DNA of 64,000 nucleotides, from assembly GCA_963765765.1 (NCBI GenBank), contig CAVXYC010000028.1:96001-160000 (forward strand), in the 5' to 3' direction. Made by a program: the position numbers and the translations under genes. This DNA is from an uncultured Chloroflexia bacterium. GTDB taxonomy: Bacteria > Chloroflexota > UBA6077 > JACCZL01. Under the pieces are notes generated by a model, which was not told the origin of the DNA, made no database searches, and worked only from the letters and a program-made list of their open reading frames with translations. Of this stretch, positions 38,708 to 49,035 are shown in pieces (the first letter of the stretch is position 1; each line of letters starts with the position of its first letter).

Positions 38708-39661
38708 ATGATGCAGACCCACATATCCCCAGACCCAGAGCTCGTGCCCCTTGGGCTCACGGGCATCAACGTCCCGCCGTTGGGCCTTGGCACGTGGCAA
38801 TGGGGGGATCGCGTGTGGTGGCAGTATGGAGACCGATACAACGACGATGACATCCGGGCCGCTTACAACACCGCGGTGGCACGTGGAATTCGGCTCTTCG
38901 ACTCGGCCGAGATCTATGGGATGGGCAAGTCCGAAAAGCTGCTTGGCGAGCTCAGCAACGGAGATCCGTCGATCGTCGTTGCCACGAAGTTTTTCCCGTT
39001 CCCATGGAGATTGCGAGTAACAGATGTTGAGCGAGCCTTACGCGGAAGCCTTCGGCGATTAATAGATCGCCCAGTGGATCTCTATCAGGTTCACTGGCCA
39101 CTGCCACCGATTCCATTGGAGAGGTGGATGGACGGCCTGGCACGAACGGTTGAGAAGGGCCTCGCCCGGAGCGTGGGCGTCTCCAATTTCAACCAGCGCC
39201 AGATGGCTCGGGCGGTTCAGGCGCTCCACGCGCGAGGTATCCCGTTAGCCTCCAATCAGGTCGCGTTCAGCCTGCTGAATCGATCGCCGGAGCGAGACGG
39301 CGTTCTGGCATCCTGCCTGGCGCTAAACGTTTCCCTGATCGCCTACAGTCCGCTTGCCATGGGCATGCTCAGCGGCAAGTACACGGAAAAGAATCCGCCT
39401 CCAGGGATTCGCGGCCGAAGATACCCGCCTAGCCGACTTCGAGCGATGGGGCCGCTCATCACCACGCTGCGTCGCATCGGCGAGCATCGCGAGCGCACGC
39501 CGTCTCAGGTAGCACTAAATTGGGTGATCTGCAAAGGAGCCATTCCGATACCTGGAGCGAAGAACGCACTACAGGCCGAAGAAAACGCCGGTGCGCTGGG
39601 TTGGAGGCTCACGGCCGATGAAGTCGCTGAACTAGATGAGGTGAGCTTCAGGGTCTCGTAG
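38708..39661 (+). CDS. Aldo/keto reductase
   Basis: LGLGTWQWG, FDSAEIYG, ATK, DLYQVHWP, GVSNF, AYSPL, IPGAK. Confidence 0.93.
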   Translation: MMQTHISPDPELVPLGLTGINVPPLGLGTWQWGDRVWWQYGDRYNDDDIRAAYNTAVARGIRLFDSAEIYGMGKSEKLLGELSNGDPSIVVATKFFPFPWRLRVTDVERALRGSLRRLIDRPVDLYQVHWPLPPIPLERWMDGLARTVEKGLARSVGVSNFNQRQMARAVQALHARGIPLASNQVAFSLLNRSPERDGVLASCLALNVSLIAYSPLAMGMLSGKYTEKNPPPGIRGRRYPPSRLRAMGPLITTLRRIGEHRERTPSQVALNWVICKGAIPIPGAKNALQAEENAGALGWRLTADEVAELDEVSFRVS

Positions 39662-39710
39662 TGGGACACGCGACTCACTCACCGCTCATGTACTGAGCGG
39701 TTCAGCGCTA

Positions 39711-39769
39711 AGGCCTGGGAGAGGGTTGGGTGAGGAAAGTGCGAACGCCCCTCACCCTTCCCGAGGCCT
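39711..39769. terminator. Imperfect hairpin between convergent genes
   Basis: AGGCCTGGGAGAGGGTTGGGTGAGG pairs with CCTCACCCTTCCCGAGGCCT. Confidence 0.5.
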
Positions 39770-39773
39770 CTAC

Positions 39774-40724
39774 CTACTGTGGGTTTCCGGCCTTTAGCCA
39801 CTCCGCGTAATCTTTCACGGCGTCGTTCAAACTCCATGCGGGCTTGTAGCCCGTGTCAGCCGTGGTGTTGTCCAGTGCGAGGTAAGGATTTTCTTTGTGT
39901 CCGGGACCTTTGCCGGGATTGAGTTGAACATTGAAGCCCGGGACTGCGGCTTGCACGGCGCTCAGCAGCTCACCCCAGGTCGTGGCGCGACCACCGCCGA
40001 CGTTGTAGATACGGCGCGGCAGCGAGCCGGATAAATGAACCTTCTGAATGCCTTGCGCGCAATCTTTGACGTAGCACAGATCACCCGCGTCCTCGGCATA
40101 CGGCACACCGCCGCGGCCGCCGGCGAGATTGGGATCGGTGCCCTTTACCGCGGCATGTGTGAGGCGGCTCGGAAGGTTGGCCATGCTGTGATACAGCGGG
40201 CCCCAGATCCCGGCGATCCGCATCATCACCACGTCCATGCCCGCTCGATCCGCGTAGTGCAAGCCGAGAATCTCGAAGGATTTCTTGAACGCTTCCGTGG
40301 GATTACCCGACTGCATGGGGAGGCGATCATCCTCGGTGTAGGGGCCTTTCTCCAATCCTGAGTAAACAGCCGTGGAGCTCGCAACAGAGAGGCGCTTTAC
40401 TTTCAGATCCTCCGCGACCTGGAGGATGTTGAGGAGGCCATCCATGTTCGTCTTGAAGTCTTCCGCCGGCGTCAGCGCACCGAGGCCGGGCACGGCTAGA
40501 TGGACGATGCCATCGACGTTGTGCTTCTTACCCACTTCGACGAGCGCATTGCGATCCACGACGTCGACGACCTCTACCTTGGCACGATTCCCAAGGTATG
40601 GCTTGATGAAGTCCGGCTCTCGTCGCGTGTGCCACATGGTGAGCACTACATCTTCGCCCGCATCGAGAATGGCCTTGGCAGTGTGCAGGCCAATGAACCC
40701 CATGCCACCTGTAATAAGCTGCAT
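39774..40724 (-). CDS. NAD-dependent epimerase/dehydratase family protein
   Basis: LITGGMGFIG, VHLA, ASSTAVY, YVKD, YNVG; the YxxxK position reads TEAFK. Confidence 0.88.
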   Translation of the reverse strand: MQLITGGMGFIGLHTAKAILDAGEDVVLTMWHTRREPDFIKPYLGNRAKVEVVDVVDRNALVEVGKKHNVDGIVHLAVPGLGALTPAEDFKTNMDGLLNILQVAEDLKVKRLSVASSTAVYSGLEKGPYTEDDRLPMQSGNPTEAFKKSFEILGLHYADRAGMDVVMMRIAGIWGPLYHSMANLPSRLTHAAVKGTDPNLAGGRGGVPYAEDAGDLCYVKDCAQGIQKVHLSGSLPRRIYNVGGGRATTWGELLSAVQAAVPGFNVQLNPGKGPGHKENPYLALDNTTADTGYKPAWSLNDAVKDYAEWLKAGNPQ

Positions 40725-40930
40725 CCTTCTCCCTCCCAATGATCCGTCCCGAGAGCATTACACGATATGGGCGCTCTCGGGACAGAGCCCTAGACTACGG
40801 GCTATTGTGGGCAAGTGGTCCGCGAAGCGCAAGCATCAGTTTGACCGCCCAGACGAGCCGCAAAAGCTCGGATCGGCCCAACGTCAGACGCTAGAATATG
40901 CAAAGTGGTGTCTCAATCAGGTGACGCGTA

Positions 40931-41929
40931 ATGGCTGTTGAGTTTCGCGATTACTACGACGTCCTTGGGGTTCCACGCTCTGCGGACGAGAAGGCCATCC
41001 GAACCGCTTACCGAAAGCTAGCGCGACAGTTTCACCCAGATGTGAACCCGGGTGACAAAAACGCCGAACGGCGATTCAAAGAGGTTAACGAGGCCTACGA
41101 AGTTCTTTCTGACCCGGAAAAGCGCTCGAAATACGATGAGCTTGGAGCTCGCTGGAAGGACTACGACTCCTGGCAACGCGCCCAGCAGGCCGCCGGCCAG
41201 ACAGGCGCTACACCGGGCGAATGGTCTGACATGTTCCGCAACCGGGAGCAGGCAGGCCGCTCCCAGTATTACACGACAAATGCGGAAGACCTGGAAGACC
41301 TATTCGGGACGGATCGGCCGTACTCGGACTTTTTCGAGACGTTCTTCGCAGGCGGACGCCGCTCCAATCGACCGTTGCGAGGTCGAGACATCGAAGCCCT
41401 GGTTGAAGTCGATTTCCCCGAGGTGATCACTGGCTCGACGAGGTTGATAGAGGTTCCCCGAGCCGGCGGTAGCACGCGGCGAATCGAGGCGACCATTCCC
41501 GCGGGGGTAGACGACGGTACGCGCATTCGCCTGGCGGGACAGGGCGAGCCAGGGGAGAATGGCGGGCCGGCCGGGGATCTCTTTCTTGTCACTCGAGTGC
41601 GATCGGATGGCCGCTTTGAACGCGACGGCGCGAATTTGAAGAGCGTTGCACACGCTCCGTTCACCCGCATGCTGCTCGGTGGGGAGATCGAGGTGGTCAC
41701 TCCCACTGGGCGAGTCGCTTTGAAAATCCCGCCTGGCACTACAGATGGCCAATCGTTTCGGCTTCGTGGACAGGGCATCCCGCGCATGGGAGCCAGTCAG
41801 GGACGCGGAGACCTTCACGTGGAAGTGCACGCGACGCTCCCAACCAAGCTCACTGCTGAGCAACGCGAGCTCGTAGAGTCATTGGCGTCTCTGGACGACG
41901 CGGCCTCATCAGCGGAGAGCGCCGCATGA
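40931..41929 (+). CDS. cbpA: CbpA-like J-domain protein (class B, no Zn finger)
   Basis: [22 protein letters not shown]...IRLAGQG...GDL. Confidence 0.9.
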   Translation: MAVEFRDYYDVLGVPRSADEKAIRTAYRKLARQFHPDVNPGDKNAERRFKEVNEAYEVLSDPEKRSKYDELGARWKDYDSWQRAQQAAGQTGATPGEWSDMFRNREQAGRSQYYTTNAEDLEDLFGTDRPYSDFFETFFAGGRRSNRPLRGRDIEALVEVDFPEVITGSTRLIEVPRAGGSTRRIEATIPAGVDDGTRIRLAGQGEPGENGGPAGDLFLVTRVRSDGRFERDGANLKSVAHAPFTRMLLGGEIEVVTPTGRVALKIPPGTTDGQSFRLRGQGIPRMGASQGRGDLHVEVHATLPTKLTAEQRELVESLASLDDAASSAESAA

Positions 41930-42204
41930 CATCAGTGGAGCAGCAGGTCACACTTCGGCTGAGCCGAGAGGATGCGGCTCAAACGGTTGGCATTACCATC
42001 ACCAGACTCGTCAGATACGAACGACTTGGCCTCATATCCCCACCCATTGAAAATCGTCGGCCACGTTACGGGCCGGGGGAGCTCGCTCGCTTACGCAAGA
42101 TCCGTAGGCTTACTGAGGACCTCGGTGTCAACCTCGCTGGCGTCGAGATCATCATGCGACTACTCGATCAGATGTCGGATTCGGAGCGACCTTTCAGACG
42201 CTGA
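41926..42204 (+). CDS. MerR-like CbpM/HspR family protein
   Basis: YERLGLI...[22 protein letters not shown]; ATGA-coupled to cbpA. Confidence 0.85.
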   Translation: MTSVEQQVTLRLSREDAAQTVGITITRLVRYERLGLISPPIENRRPRYGPGELARLRKIRRLTEDLGVNLAGVEIIMRLLDQMSDSERPFRR

Positions 42205-42276
42205 CGCCGTCAGGCAATTCAAAGTAATAATCGGGCAGCAACTCAACCCGATTTGACCCCTAAGTGTGGAGCGCAA

Positions 42277-43002
42277 ATGAATACCCCAGTGTGGCTCATC
42301 GATCTCAGTGGTGAAGCAGAGCTTCCCAAGGGAACGTCCAATCTGGATGGCGTGATCGTCCGACCCGCCGATAGAGCGGTACTTGGCATTGGTATACGAA
42401 CGGGATTCATCAGCAAGCGAACGGTTTGGGCGGACATTAGCGACCTCATCAGGGCCAATGGCTCACGCGCCTGGCTCACCGTAAACATCGATGAGCTGGA
42501 TCAGCGGCCGACCGGACGGCGTGTGGCTGCGAACTGACCTCGCCATTCGACACGGGACGGAAACGCTGGGGATGATCGGATGGGCTGGCGTCACCGATGG
42601 CACCGTGGTGGAGCTGGGGATCGTGCCAATGGACCCCCGCATGCTGCCACGTCGCATCAGCGCCGATACGATTGTGGCGCTCAATGACCGAAGCGTTCAG
42701 ATAAACCTTGCGGACTTCGATGAGGCACCGTTGCTCAAAACGGATTCCGATCTCGAAGAGGAGATCCGTCGAAGACTTTGGGAAACCCGGGCTCGCTTCC
42801 CCCTGAAGCTCTGGTGCGCATCCGCGTTGAAGTCAATGGCGGCATCGTGACGCTGGGCGGAATGGTTCCGAAGGACGTCCATCGAGATCTCGCCATCAAT
42901 ATCGCGCACGAGCCTCTGGAAGTACGCGGCATCGTTAACCGAATAGAAACCGCTGAAAGCCTCGCGGCCTCCGCTCAGCAGTTCCGCGAACGGGTCGGGT
43001 AG
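42277..43002 (+). CDS. Probable PRC-barrel/BON domain protein split by two frameshifts
   Basis: Three overlapping ORFs; TDSDLEEEIRRRL followed by IRVEVNGGIVTLGG...VRGIVNRI (BON pattern). Confidence 0.6.
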
Positions 43003-43023
43003 GCTTTAGACGCTTCGGTAGCG

Positions 43024-43731
43024 TTAGACGTCTATTGTCACGAACGGCTGCTCAGGCGATAGACGCCGCATGAGCGGAAGCGCACAGTTGTATACGAGTC
43101 TGCCACCTGGCGTTGAGCCTCGTGGCATCCCGTAGTGTGAGTGCCCGTGAAAAACGGCATCCACGGGAAAGCGGTCGATTGGCTCAGCGAGTCGTGACGA
43201 GCCGAGATATGGAATGATCTCGAGTGGCTCCCCCTCCACTGTCTCGTGAATCGGGGAATAGTGAAGGAGCACGAGGGTTCGGTCCGCATGCACTTGAGCA
43301 AGCTGCCGCTCTAATTTCATCGATTCTTCAACGGCTGCATAGACGAACTGCTTGATTGCTGGCTCGCCCCAGGGCTGTAGCATGCATTGTCCGAAGCCAC
43401 CGCAAAAGCCTTTGACTCCAACTATGCCGACGCCATCGATATGGCAGCTATCCGTGTCAAGGAAGCACACGCCGGCCTCCTCGAGCATCCGCATCACCAG
43501 CTCTTCTTGCCCCGCCTCGTAATCGTGGTTTCCGAGCACAGCGAACGCGGGAATCCGTGCGCCCACGATCTGCTCGGCAAGCACCTCGGCCTCGGTCTCA
43601 AGGCCATGATCGGTTAGGTCGCCGCAAAGTAGCAGGACATCAGCGGATGCCGCGATGACCAGCAGGAGCTCTCTCAGGGATCGCTCATGTGCCTCACGCA
43701 CATGGAGATCTCCGACTGCCGCCACGCGCAC
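43024..43731 (-). CDS. Calcineurin-like metallophosphoesterase
   Basis: GDLH, GDLTD, GNHD, LLHYSP, HGHSH. Confidence 0.92.
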   Translation of the reverse strand: MRVAAVGDLHVREAHERSLRELLLVIAASADVLLLCGDLTDHGLETEAEVLAEQIVGARIPAFAVLGNHDYEAGQEELVMRMLEEAGVCFLDTDSCHIDGVGIVGVKGFCGGFGQCMLQPWGEPAIKQFVYAAVEESMKLERQLAQVHADRTLVLLHYSPIHETVEGEPLEIIPYLGSSRLAEPIDRFPVDAVFHGHSHYGMPRGSTPGGRLVYNCALPLMRRLSPEQPFVTIDV

Positions 43732-43734
43732 GAG

Positions 43735-44556
43735 TCAGGAGACCCTGGCCGAGGACTTCGCATCGCCGATCTCGTCGTATCCCCACTCCGCGAAATCAAC
43801 ACGATATTGCTTGTCTGAGAGAAGGTCACCTCGGCACGTCATGCCGAATCTAGAAGAAGGCTCGGTCAATCGACTCGCACGGCTCAGCAGCTCATCCATG
43901 ACTTCATTCGGGATAGCCCAAGTGTCCGAGGGATAGACGAACCGATAGTTCAATAGATGAGCCAGCAACACTTCCCAATGCGGATCAAACCGATCCAGCA
44001 ATCGCTGCCAATCGAGTCGGTCACCCTGGCAATGGATCAGGTGGTGCACGTCGGCGCCATCGAAACGCTCACGTTCTTGAATAAACGCTTTTGACCAGAT
44101 CATCTCTTCAGCCGGCATCAGGGGGACGAGCCTCCCAAGAACCGTCCCCAAAGGGGAGAAGGTAAACCACGATTCGTCAACGTCACATATCCCATTGCCT
44201 GAGGAAAAGATCAGGTCGATGTATCGGTCCCCATCGAAAATCTTCGCAATCCAGTTAGGGTTCGTGACCTCAGTTCTGAAACCTGCCTCACCTAGCACCT
44301 TCAAGATGCGAGGATATTCGGACTTGAGACAGAACACATCAAGGTCCTTCGTTGGCCGATGAATCCCCGTGTACCGGCGCAGCGCGTACGTTCCGCCTAC
44401 GAGAAAACGGCAACCCGATTCCTGAAGTAGGTCAATTGCTTGACCGTAAAATGCCGCCGCGGCGCAGCAGTCCGAATGCGCGTTGCAGTCTGGTCCGGAG
44501 CATGCAGTGGGCGGCAATTCAGATGAACAAGGTAGAGGAGGTGTCATGAGTGTCAT
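43735..44556 (-). CDS. Nucleotidyltransferase family protein
   Basis: FLVGGTYAL...RPTKDLDVF, IDLIF, KAFIQERERFDGAD. Confidence 0.82.
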   Translation of the reverse strand: MTLMTPPLPCSSELPPTACSGPDCNAHSDCCAAAAFYGQAIDLLQESGCRFLVGGTYALRRYTGIHRPTKDLDVFCLKSEYPRILKVLGEAGFRTEVTNPNWIAKIFDGDRYIDLIFSSGNGICDVDESWFTFSPLGTVLGRLVPLMPAEEMIWSKAFIQERERFDGADVHHLIHCQGDRLDWQRLLDRFDPHWEVLLAHLLNYRFVYPSDTWAIPNEVMDELLSRASRLTEPSSRFGMTCRGDLLSDKQYRVDFAEWGYDEIGDAKSSARVS

Positions 44557-44733
44557 AATTCCACTCGGCGTATGCGTTTTTTGCCGAATGCCGTTGCTCA
44601 AAGTGCAGACGCCGTGCCAATCGTCGAATCTCGCACAGGACCATCTCGGAGTCCGCGGGCTGGCGAGCACATTGATGAGTGAACGAAGAACGTTGCGGGA
44701 CGGCCCCGGCGTAGTGCTTAAGGAGTTAAATCG

Positions 44734-47700
44734 ATGCGCGTGGCGATAGGCTCAGACCACGCCGGGCTCCCGCTCAAGGAACCACTCAAGGCACTCCTCA
44801 CTGAGTCCGGTCACGAGGTCATCGACCTTGGAACGTTCACCTCTGAGCCGTGTGACTATCCCGATATCGCTCGCGCCGTCGGTGAAGCTGTAATCCTCGA
44901 ACGCGTGGAGCGTGGCATCGTGCTCTGTGGCTCCGCGCAAGGTGCGTGCATCGCTGCCAACAAACTGCCCGGAATCCGAGCCGCGTTCGGCGCAGATACT
45001 TACTCAGCCCATCAGAGCGTTGAGCACGATGACGCGAACGTACTCTGCATCGGCGCTCGAGTCGTTGGGCCGGCCCTTGCCAACGACATCGTTACCACCT
45101 GGATGCGTGCACAGTTCACCGCCGAAGAACGACATCTTCGACGCGTACAAAAAGTACGCGCGCTCGAGCGTCGTTCGCCTCTTGTGGAGTTGAATCTCGC
45201 CGGCCAGAGCCCCTGGATGGACAATATCTCGCTTGATCTCCTGGGGGGTGATTTTCGGCAGCTCATCGCTCGTGGCATTACCGGCGTGACGTCAAACCCG
45301 ACAATTATGGAGAAGTCCATCTCCTCCAGTGCGTCGTACGATCCGGTCATTCGGCAGCTCGTCAGGAAGGGAACATCAGCACGGGACATCGCGATTTCAA
45401 TCTGGGTGGATGACATCCGCGGGGCATGCGATCAGCTCCGTCCAGTCTTCGATCTGACTCAGGGTGCCGATGGATTCGCTTCAATTGAGGTCGATGCTGA
45501 GCTGGCCAACGACACAAAGGGGACGATTGAAGAGGGTCGTCGGCTCTGGAAAGAGGTTGACCGTCCGAATGTCATGATCAAAGTTCCCGCGACGCCAGCC
45601 GGCCTACCCGCGATTGAAGAGCTCACATCGGAAGGCATCAACGTCAACATCACGCTGCTCTTCTCGCAAGCCGTGTACGACAAAGTGATGGATGCGTACA
45701 TATCAGGCCTGGAGCGATTTTGCGACTTCAGCACGGGATCTGAACGCTTGCCTGCGAGCGTTGCCAGTTTCTTTGTCAGTCGAGTGGATACCAAGGTCGA
45801 TGCCGCCTTGAAAGCTAAACTTGCCGAACCGTTGACCGACGAGGAGCACGCTGAGGTGGACTCACTGCGAGGCACCGCGGCCATTGCGAACGCCAAACTC
45901 GCATATCAGCGCTACCTGGAACGATTCTCGGGACCTCGTTGGAATCGTCTTGCCGCTCGCGGCGCTAAGGTCCAGCGACCATTGTGGGCAAGTACCAGTA
46001 CCAAGGATCCCTCCTACAGAGACGTGCTCTACGTCGAGGAGCTCATCGGGCCAGACACCGTCGATACGATGCCCCCTGCGACGATTGAAGCTTTTGACGA
46101 TCACGGCTACGTCCGACAGAGCGTCACCGAGGGAGTGGACATCGCCAGGAAACAGCTCGGCGCACTTTCTAGGTACGGGATAGATTTAGACACCATTACC
46201 GAGCAGCTTCAGCATGAGGGCGTGGAGTCATTCGCGTCCTCGTTCGACACACTCTTGCAAGCCATCGACCGCAAGCGGGAAATGATTCTCCAAGAGGATG
46301 AAGATCGCCTCACCATGGATCCAGGCTCTCTCGCTCAAATTTCGCCTACCGGGCCTGACTCTGGAGATGAGTCTCTGGCAGAGCGCATTTGGAAGCGCGA
46401 CACGTCCGTCTGGACGACGGATCCTGAGGTGGCCGAATCGATCAGCAATCGACTAGGTTGGCTGGATGTTCCCCAGCAGATGAAGCAAGCGATCCGCCGA
46501 CTTCGGGCATTTGCTGATCAGGCGCATGACGATGGCTACCAGCACGTAGTGTTAATGGGTATGGGCGGGAGCTCGCTAGCGCCTGAGGTCTTCAAACGCA
46601 CTTTTGGCAATGCGCCGGGCTTTCCGGGGCTGACAGTGCTGGATACCACAGTTCCAGCAACCATACTCGCCACCGAGCGGGCCATCGACCTTCAGAAAAC
46701 GCTCTTCATCGCGGCCAGTAAGTCAGGGACGACAGTTGAGACGCTCACACACCTGGCCTATTTCTGGGAACGAGCTGGGAAGCGGGGCGAGCAGTTTGTC
46801 GCCATCACAGACGCCGGTTCGCATCTCGAATCGCTAGCTCGGGAGCGCGGATTTCGTGACTGCTTCATCAACCCAACCGATATCGGCGGACGCTACTCCG
46901 CATTGTCATACTTTGGACTCGTGCCCGCGGCATTGCTCGGTATGGACTTGAACGGCATTATCGAACATGCGCTGAATCATCGCACCCTGTGTCAGACTTT
47001 CGATGGTCACTCAGCGAACGTAGGGCTGCGGTTGGGTAGTTTTCTTGGCAACGCGGCACAAGCGGGTCGTGACAAGCTGACCCTTGTCACTCCGCACTCC
47101 GCATCGGCCTTCGGACTCTGGGTGGAGCAGCTCATCGCTGAAAGCACCGGGAAGAACGGAAAGGGCATCGTGCCAATTGTCGGCGAGAAGCTCGGAAGTC
47201 CTGATGTTTACGGCAGCGACCGAGTGTTCGTGAACCTGCCGTCAGATGACGACGAGCATCGCGAGCTGCTCAAATCAATTGCCGCCGCTGGACATCCGGT
47301 GGCTCACTTCAAGCTTGAATCCGCATACGACCTCGCGGGTCACAGTTTTAGCTGGGAATTCGCCACGGCGGTGGCGGGCGCCGTGCTGAAGATCAACCCT
47401 TTCGACGAGCCAAACGTGCAGGAAGCAAAGGATCGCACCAAGCTGGCATTAGACGCCTTCGAGCAATCTGGGGAGCTTCCAAACGTGGCATCCAGCACAC
47501 TCAATGAGGTGGCTGCATTTATCCGATCCGCGGGTGAAGGGGATTACCTGGCCTTCCTGGCTTTCCTGCCGTACGAGGAGGACATCAAGGATTCGCTTCA
47601 AAAGCTGCGTATGGCGTCCCGCGACGCCTGTCGCTCAGCGACCTCGGTGGGCTACGGCCCGCGATATCTTCACTCCACAGGGCAGCTTCACAAAGGAGGC

Positions 47701-47922
47701 CCAAATTCGGGAATGTTTGTGCAAATGGTTGGCGACGTTGCCGAGGACGTGCCGATCCCCGGATCGCCCTACAGTTTCGGAATCCTGAACGGCGCCCAGG
47801 CAGTAGGCGACTTCCAGGCGCTGGAAGCGCACGGTCGCCGAGTGATTCGCCTGAATGTGGGACAAGATCCAGTCACGAGCCTGACTCAGCTCACGCGACT
47901 CATCACGAGCGAGGGCAAGTAG
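44734..47922 (+). CDS. Triple fusion of ribose-5-phosphate isomerase B, transaldolase and glucose-6-phosphate isomerase
   Basis: RpiB GSDHAG, DYPD, LCGS, EHDDANVL; Tal GVTSNPTI, IKVPAT, NVNITLLFS, SFFVSRVD; Pgi GMGGSSL, SKSGTT, GGRYS, EQLIAESTGK, PFDEPNVQEAK; AAGGAG RBS. Confidence 0.92.
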   Translation: MRVAIGSDHAGLPLKEPLKALLTESGHEVIDLGTFTSEPCDYPDIARAVGEAVILERVERGIVLCGSAQGACIAANKLPGIRAAFGADTYSAHQSVEHDDANVLCIGARVVGPALANDIVTTWMRAQFTAEERHLRRVQKVRALERRSPLVELNLAGQSPWMDNISLDLLGGDFRQLIARGITGVTSNPTIMEKSISSSASYDPVIRQLVRKGTSARDIAISIWVDDIRGACDQLRPVFDLTQGADGFASIEVDAELANDTKGTIEEGRRLWKEVDRPNVMIKVPATPAGLPAIEELTSEGINVNITLLFSQAVYDKVMDAYISGLERFCDFSTGSERLPASVASFFVSRVDTKVDAALKAKLAEPLTDEEHAEVDSLRGTAAIANAKLAYQRYLERFSGPRWNRLAARGAKVQRPLWASTSTKDPSYRDVLYVEELIGPDTVDTMPPATIEAFDDHGYVRQSVTEGVDIARKQLGALSRYGIDLDTITEQLQHEGVESFASSFDTLLQAIDRKREMILQEDEDRLTMDPGSLAQISPTGPDSGDESLAERIWKRDTSVWTTDPEVAESISNRLGWLDVPQQMKQAIRRLRAFADQAHDDGYQHVVLMGMGGSSLAPEVFKRTFGNAPGFPGLTVLDTTVPATILATERAIDLQKTLFIAASKSGTTVETLTHLAYFWERAGKRGEQFVAITDAGSHLESLARERGFRDCFINPTDIGGRYSALSYFGLVPAALLGMDLNGIIEHALNHRTLCQTFDGHSANVGLRLGSFLGNAAQAGRDKLTLVTPHSASAFGLWVEQLIAESTGKNGKGIVPIVGEKLGSPDVYGSDRVFVNLPSDDDEHRELLKSIAAAGHPVAHFKLESAYDLAGHSFSWEFATAVAGAVLKINPFDEPNVQEAKDRTKLALDAFEQSGELPNVASSTLNEVAAFIRSAGEGDYLAFLAFLPYEEDIKDSLQKLRMASRDACRSATSVGYGPRYLHSTGQLHKGGPNSGMFVQMVGDVAEDVPIPGSPYSFGILNGAQAVGDFQALEAHGRRVIRLNVGQDPVTSLTQLTRLITSEGK

Positions 47923-47925
47923 CGC

Positions 47926-48423
47926 GTGGGCACGGAGCGGGCACAGCGAGCCGTGGCTAGTCTGCTCGCCAGGTGGCGCGGGCTATGTTTCCTTGTATGC
48001 CTGATGCTCGGCGTTGCCCTCATCCTTGCGTGTCAATCAGCCGGTGGAAGAACCTCGTCGACGGGGGGAATTGCCGTTGCCACGAACATCGAGAATGCAT
48101 CCACCGAAGCCGAACGTCAGCCTTTGGCCCAGAACGCGACCTGGGCCCCAGGACAGCTTCAAGAGCACTTCTCGAAGCACGGGCAGGAAGGCCCCTATTC
48201 GAATGTCGCGGACTATGATCGCGCGGCTCGTGACACAGTAGTTGTGGGAACTGCGTTTACCTACGTGGATCGGGAATCGCGAGTGCAACGACAAGGTTAT
48301 TATCACAGCCCAACGAATCGATTTACTTCACTCACTTCGGACGGACAACGGATCACGACATTTTTTCATCCGGACCGTCGCGAAAGCTACATCCGCGGCC
48401 TGGAGAGATCGACGTATAAATGA
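47926..48423 (+). CDS. Putative lipoprotein with a toxin-RNase-like C-terminal domain
   Basis: Lipobox LILAC; HFSKHG...Y...A...YYHSPTNRF...G..ITTFFHP. Confidence 0.6.
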   Translation: MGTERAQRAVASLLARWRGLCFLVCLMLGVALILACQSAGGRTSSTGGIAVATNIENASTEAERQPLAQNATWAPGQLQEHFSKHGQEGPYSNVADYDRAARDTVVVGTAFTYVDRESRVQRQGYYHSPTNRFTSLTSDGQRITTFFHPDRRESYIRGLERSTYK

Positions 48424-48734
48424 CGCAGGAAACAAGCACGTTCTCGATCATTCGGCGACTTCTTGAAGAACGCGGAGTTCGCCGATATACACTGTTCCTT
48501 CTACAGCAGGAGGGAACGATGCTTTCCGGCAACATCGAGGCGCTGTCCGGTTTTGCGCTCGATGAAAACGGAGAAGTTCACGGCTTCTGGCTTGGTTATG
48601 ATGAATCGGTGCAAGACTTTATTCTGGATTCCTTCTACAAGGTGGAGGAGCCAGAGGCGCGCTTTGGATCGGATACAGAATTCAAACGGGCTCAGCTACG
48701 ACTGAAACCGAGGAGTCGCGGTAAACGCGACTGA
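48420..48734 (+). CDS. Hypothetical protein translationally coupled to the upstream lipoprotein
   Basis: ATGA overlap, 104 aa. Confidence 0.6.
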   Translation: MTQETSTFSIIRRLLEERGVRRYTLFLLQQEGTMLSGNIEALSGFALDENGEVHGFWLGYDESVQDFILDSFYKVEEPEARFGSDTEFKRAQLRLKPRSRGKRD

Positions 48735-48757
48735 ACCCGAAGGCTTGAGTTTTGACC

Positions 48758-48876
48758 GGGAGCGCCGACATCCTGTCGGCTCGGCCCACTGGAGGGTCGC
48801 CAGGAAGCCACAACACTGGATCAGGGGCGTTCGATGGCGACCCTTGAGGCCGAGCCGACAGGATGTCGGCGCTCCC
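48758..48876. repeat. REP/REPIN-like element with a perfect 29-bp inverted repeat
   Basis: GGGAGCGCCGACATCCTGTCGGCTCGGCC (48758-48786) and its reverse complement (48848-48876); inner AGGGTCGCCA/TGGCGACCCT. Confidence 0.9.
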
Positions 48877-49035
48877 CAGCTCGAAGCTTGCCTGGGTCTA
48901 TTTGGGCTAGCAGTACGGTGACCGAAAATATGCGCTCTGCGCACCGTACGCATATCATGTGCTTGGGGAAATCGGCTTTGGCTACTACACGGGCCAGGTG
49001 GGGCTGACGCCCCGCACCGATTGGAGCCACGCAAC

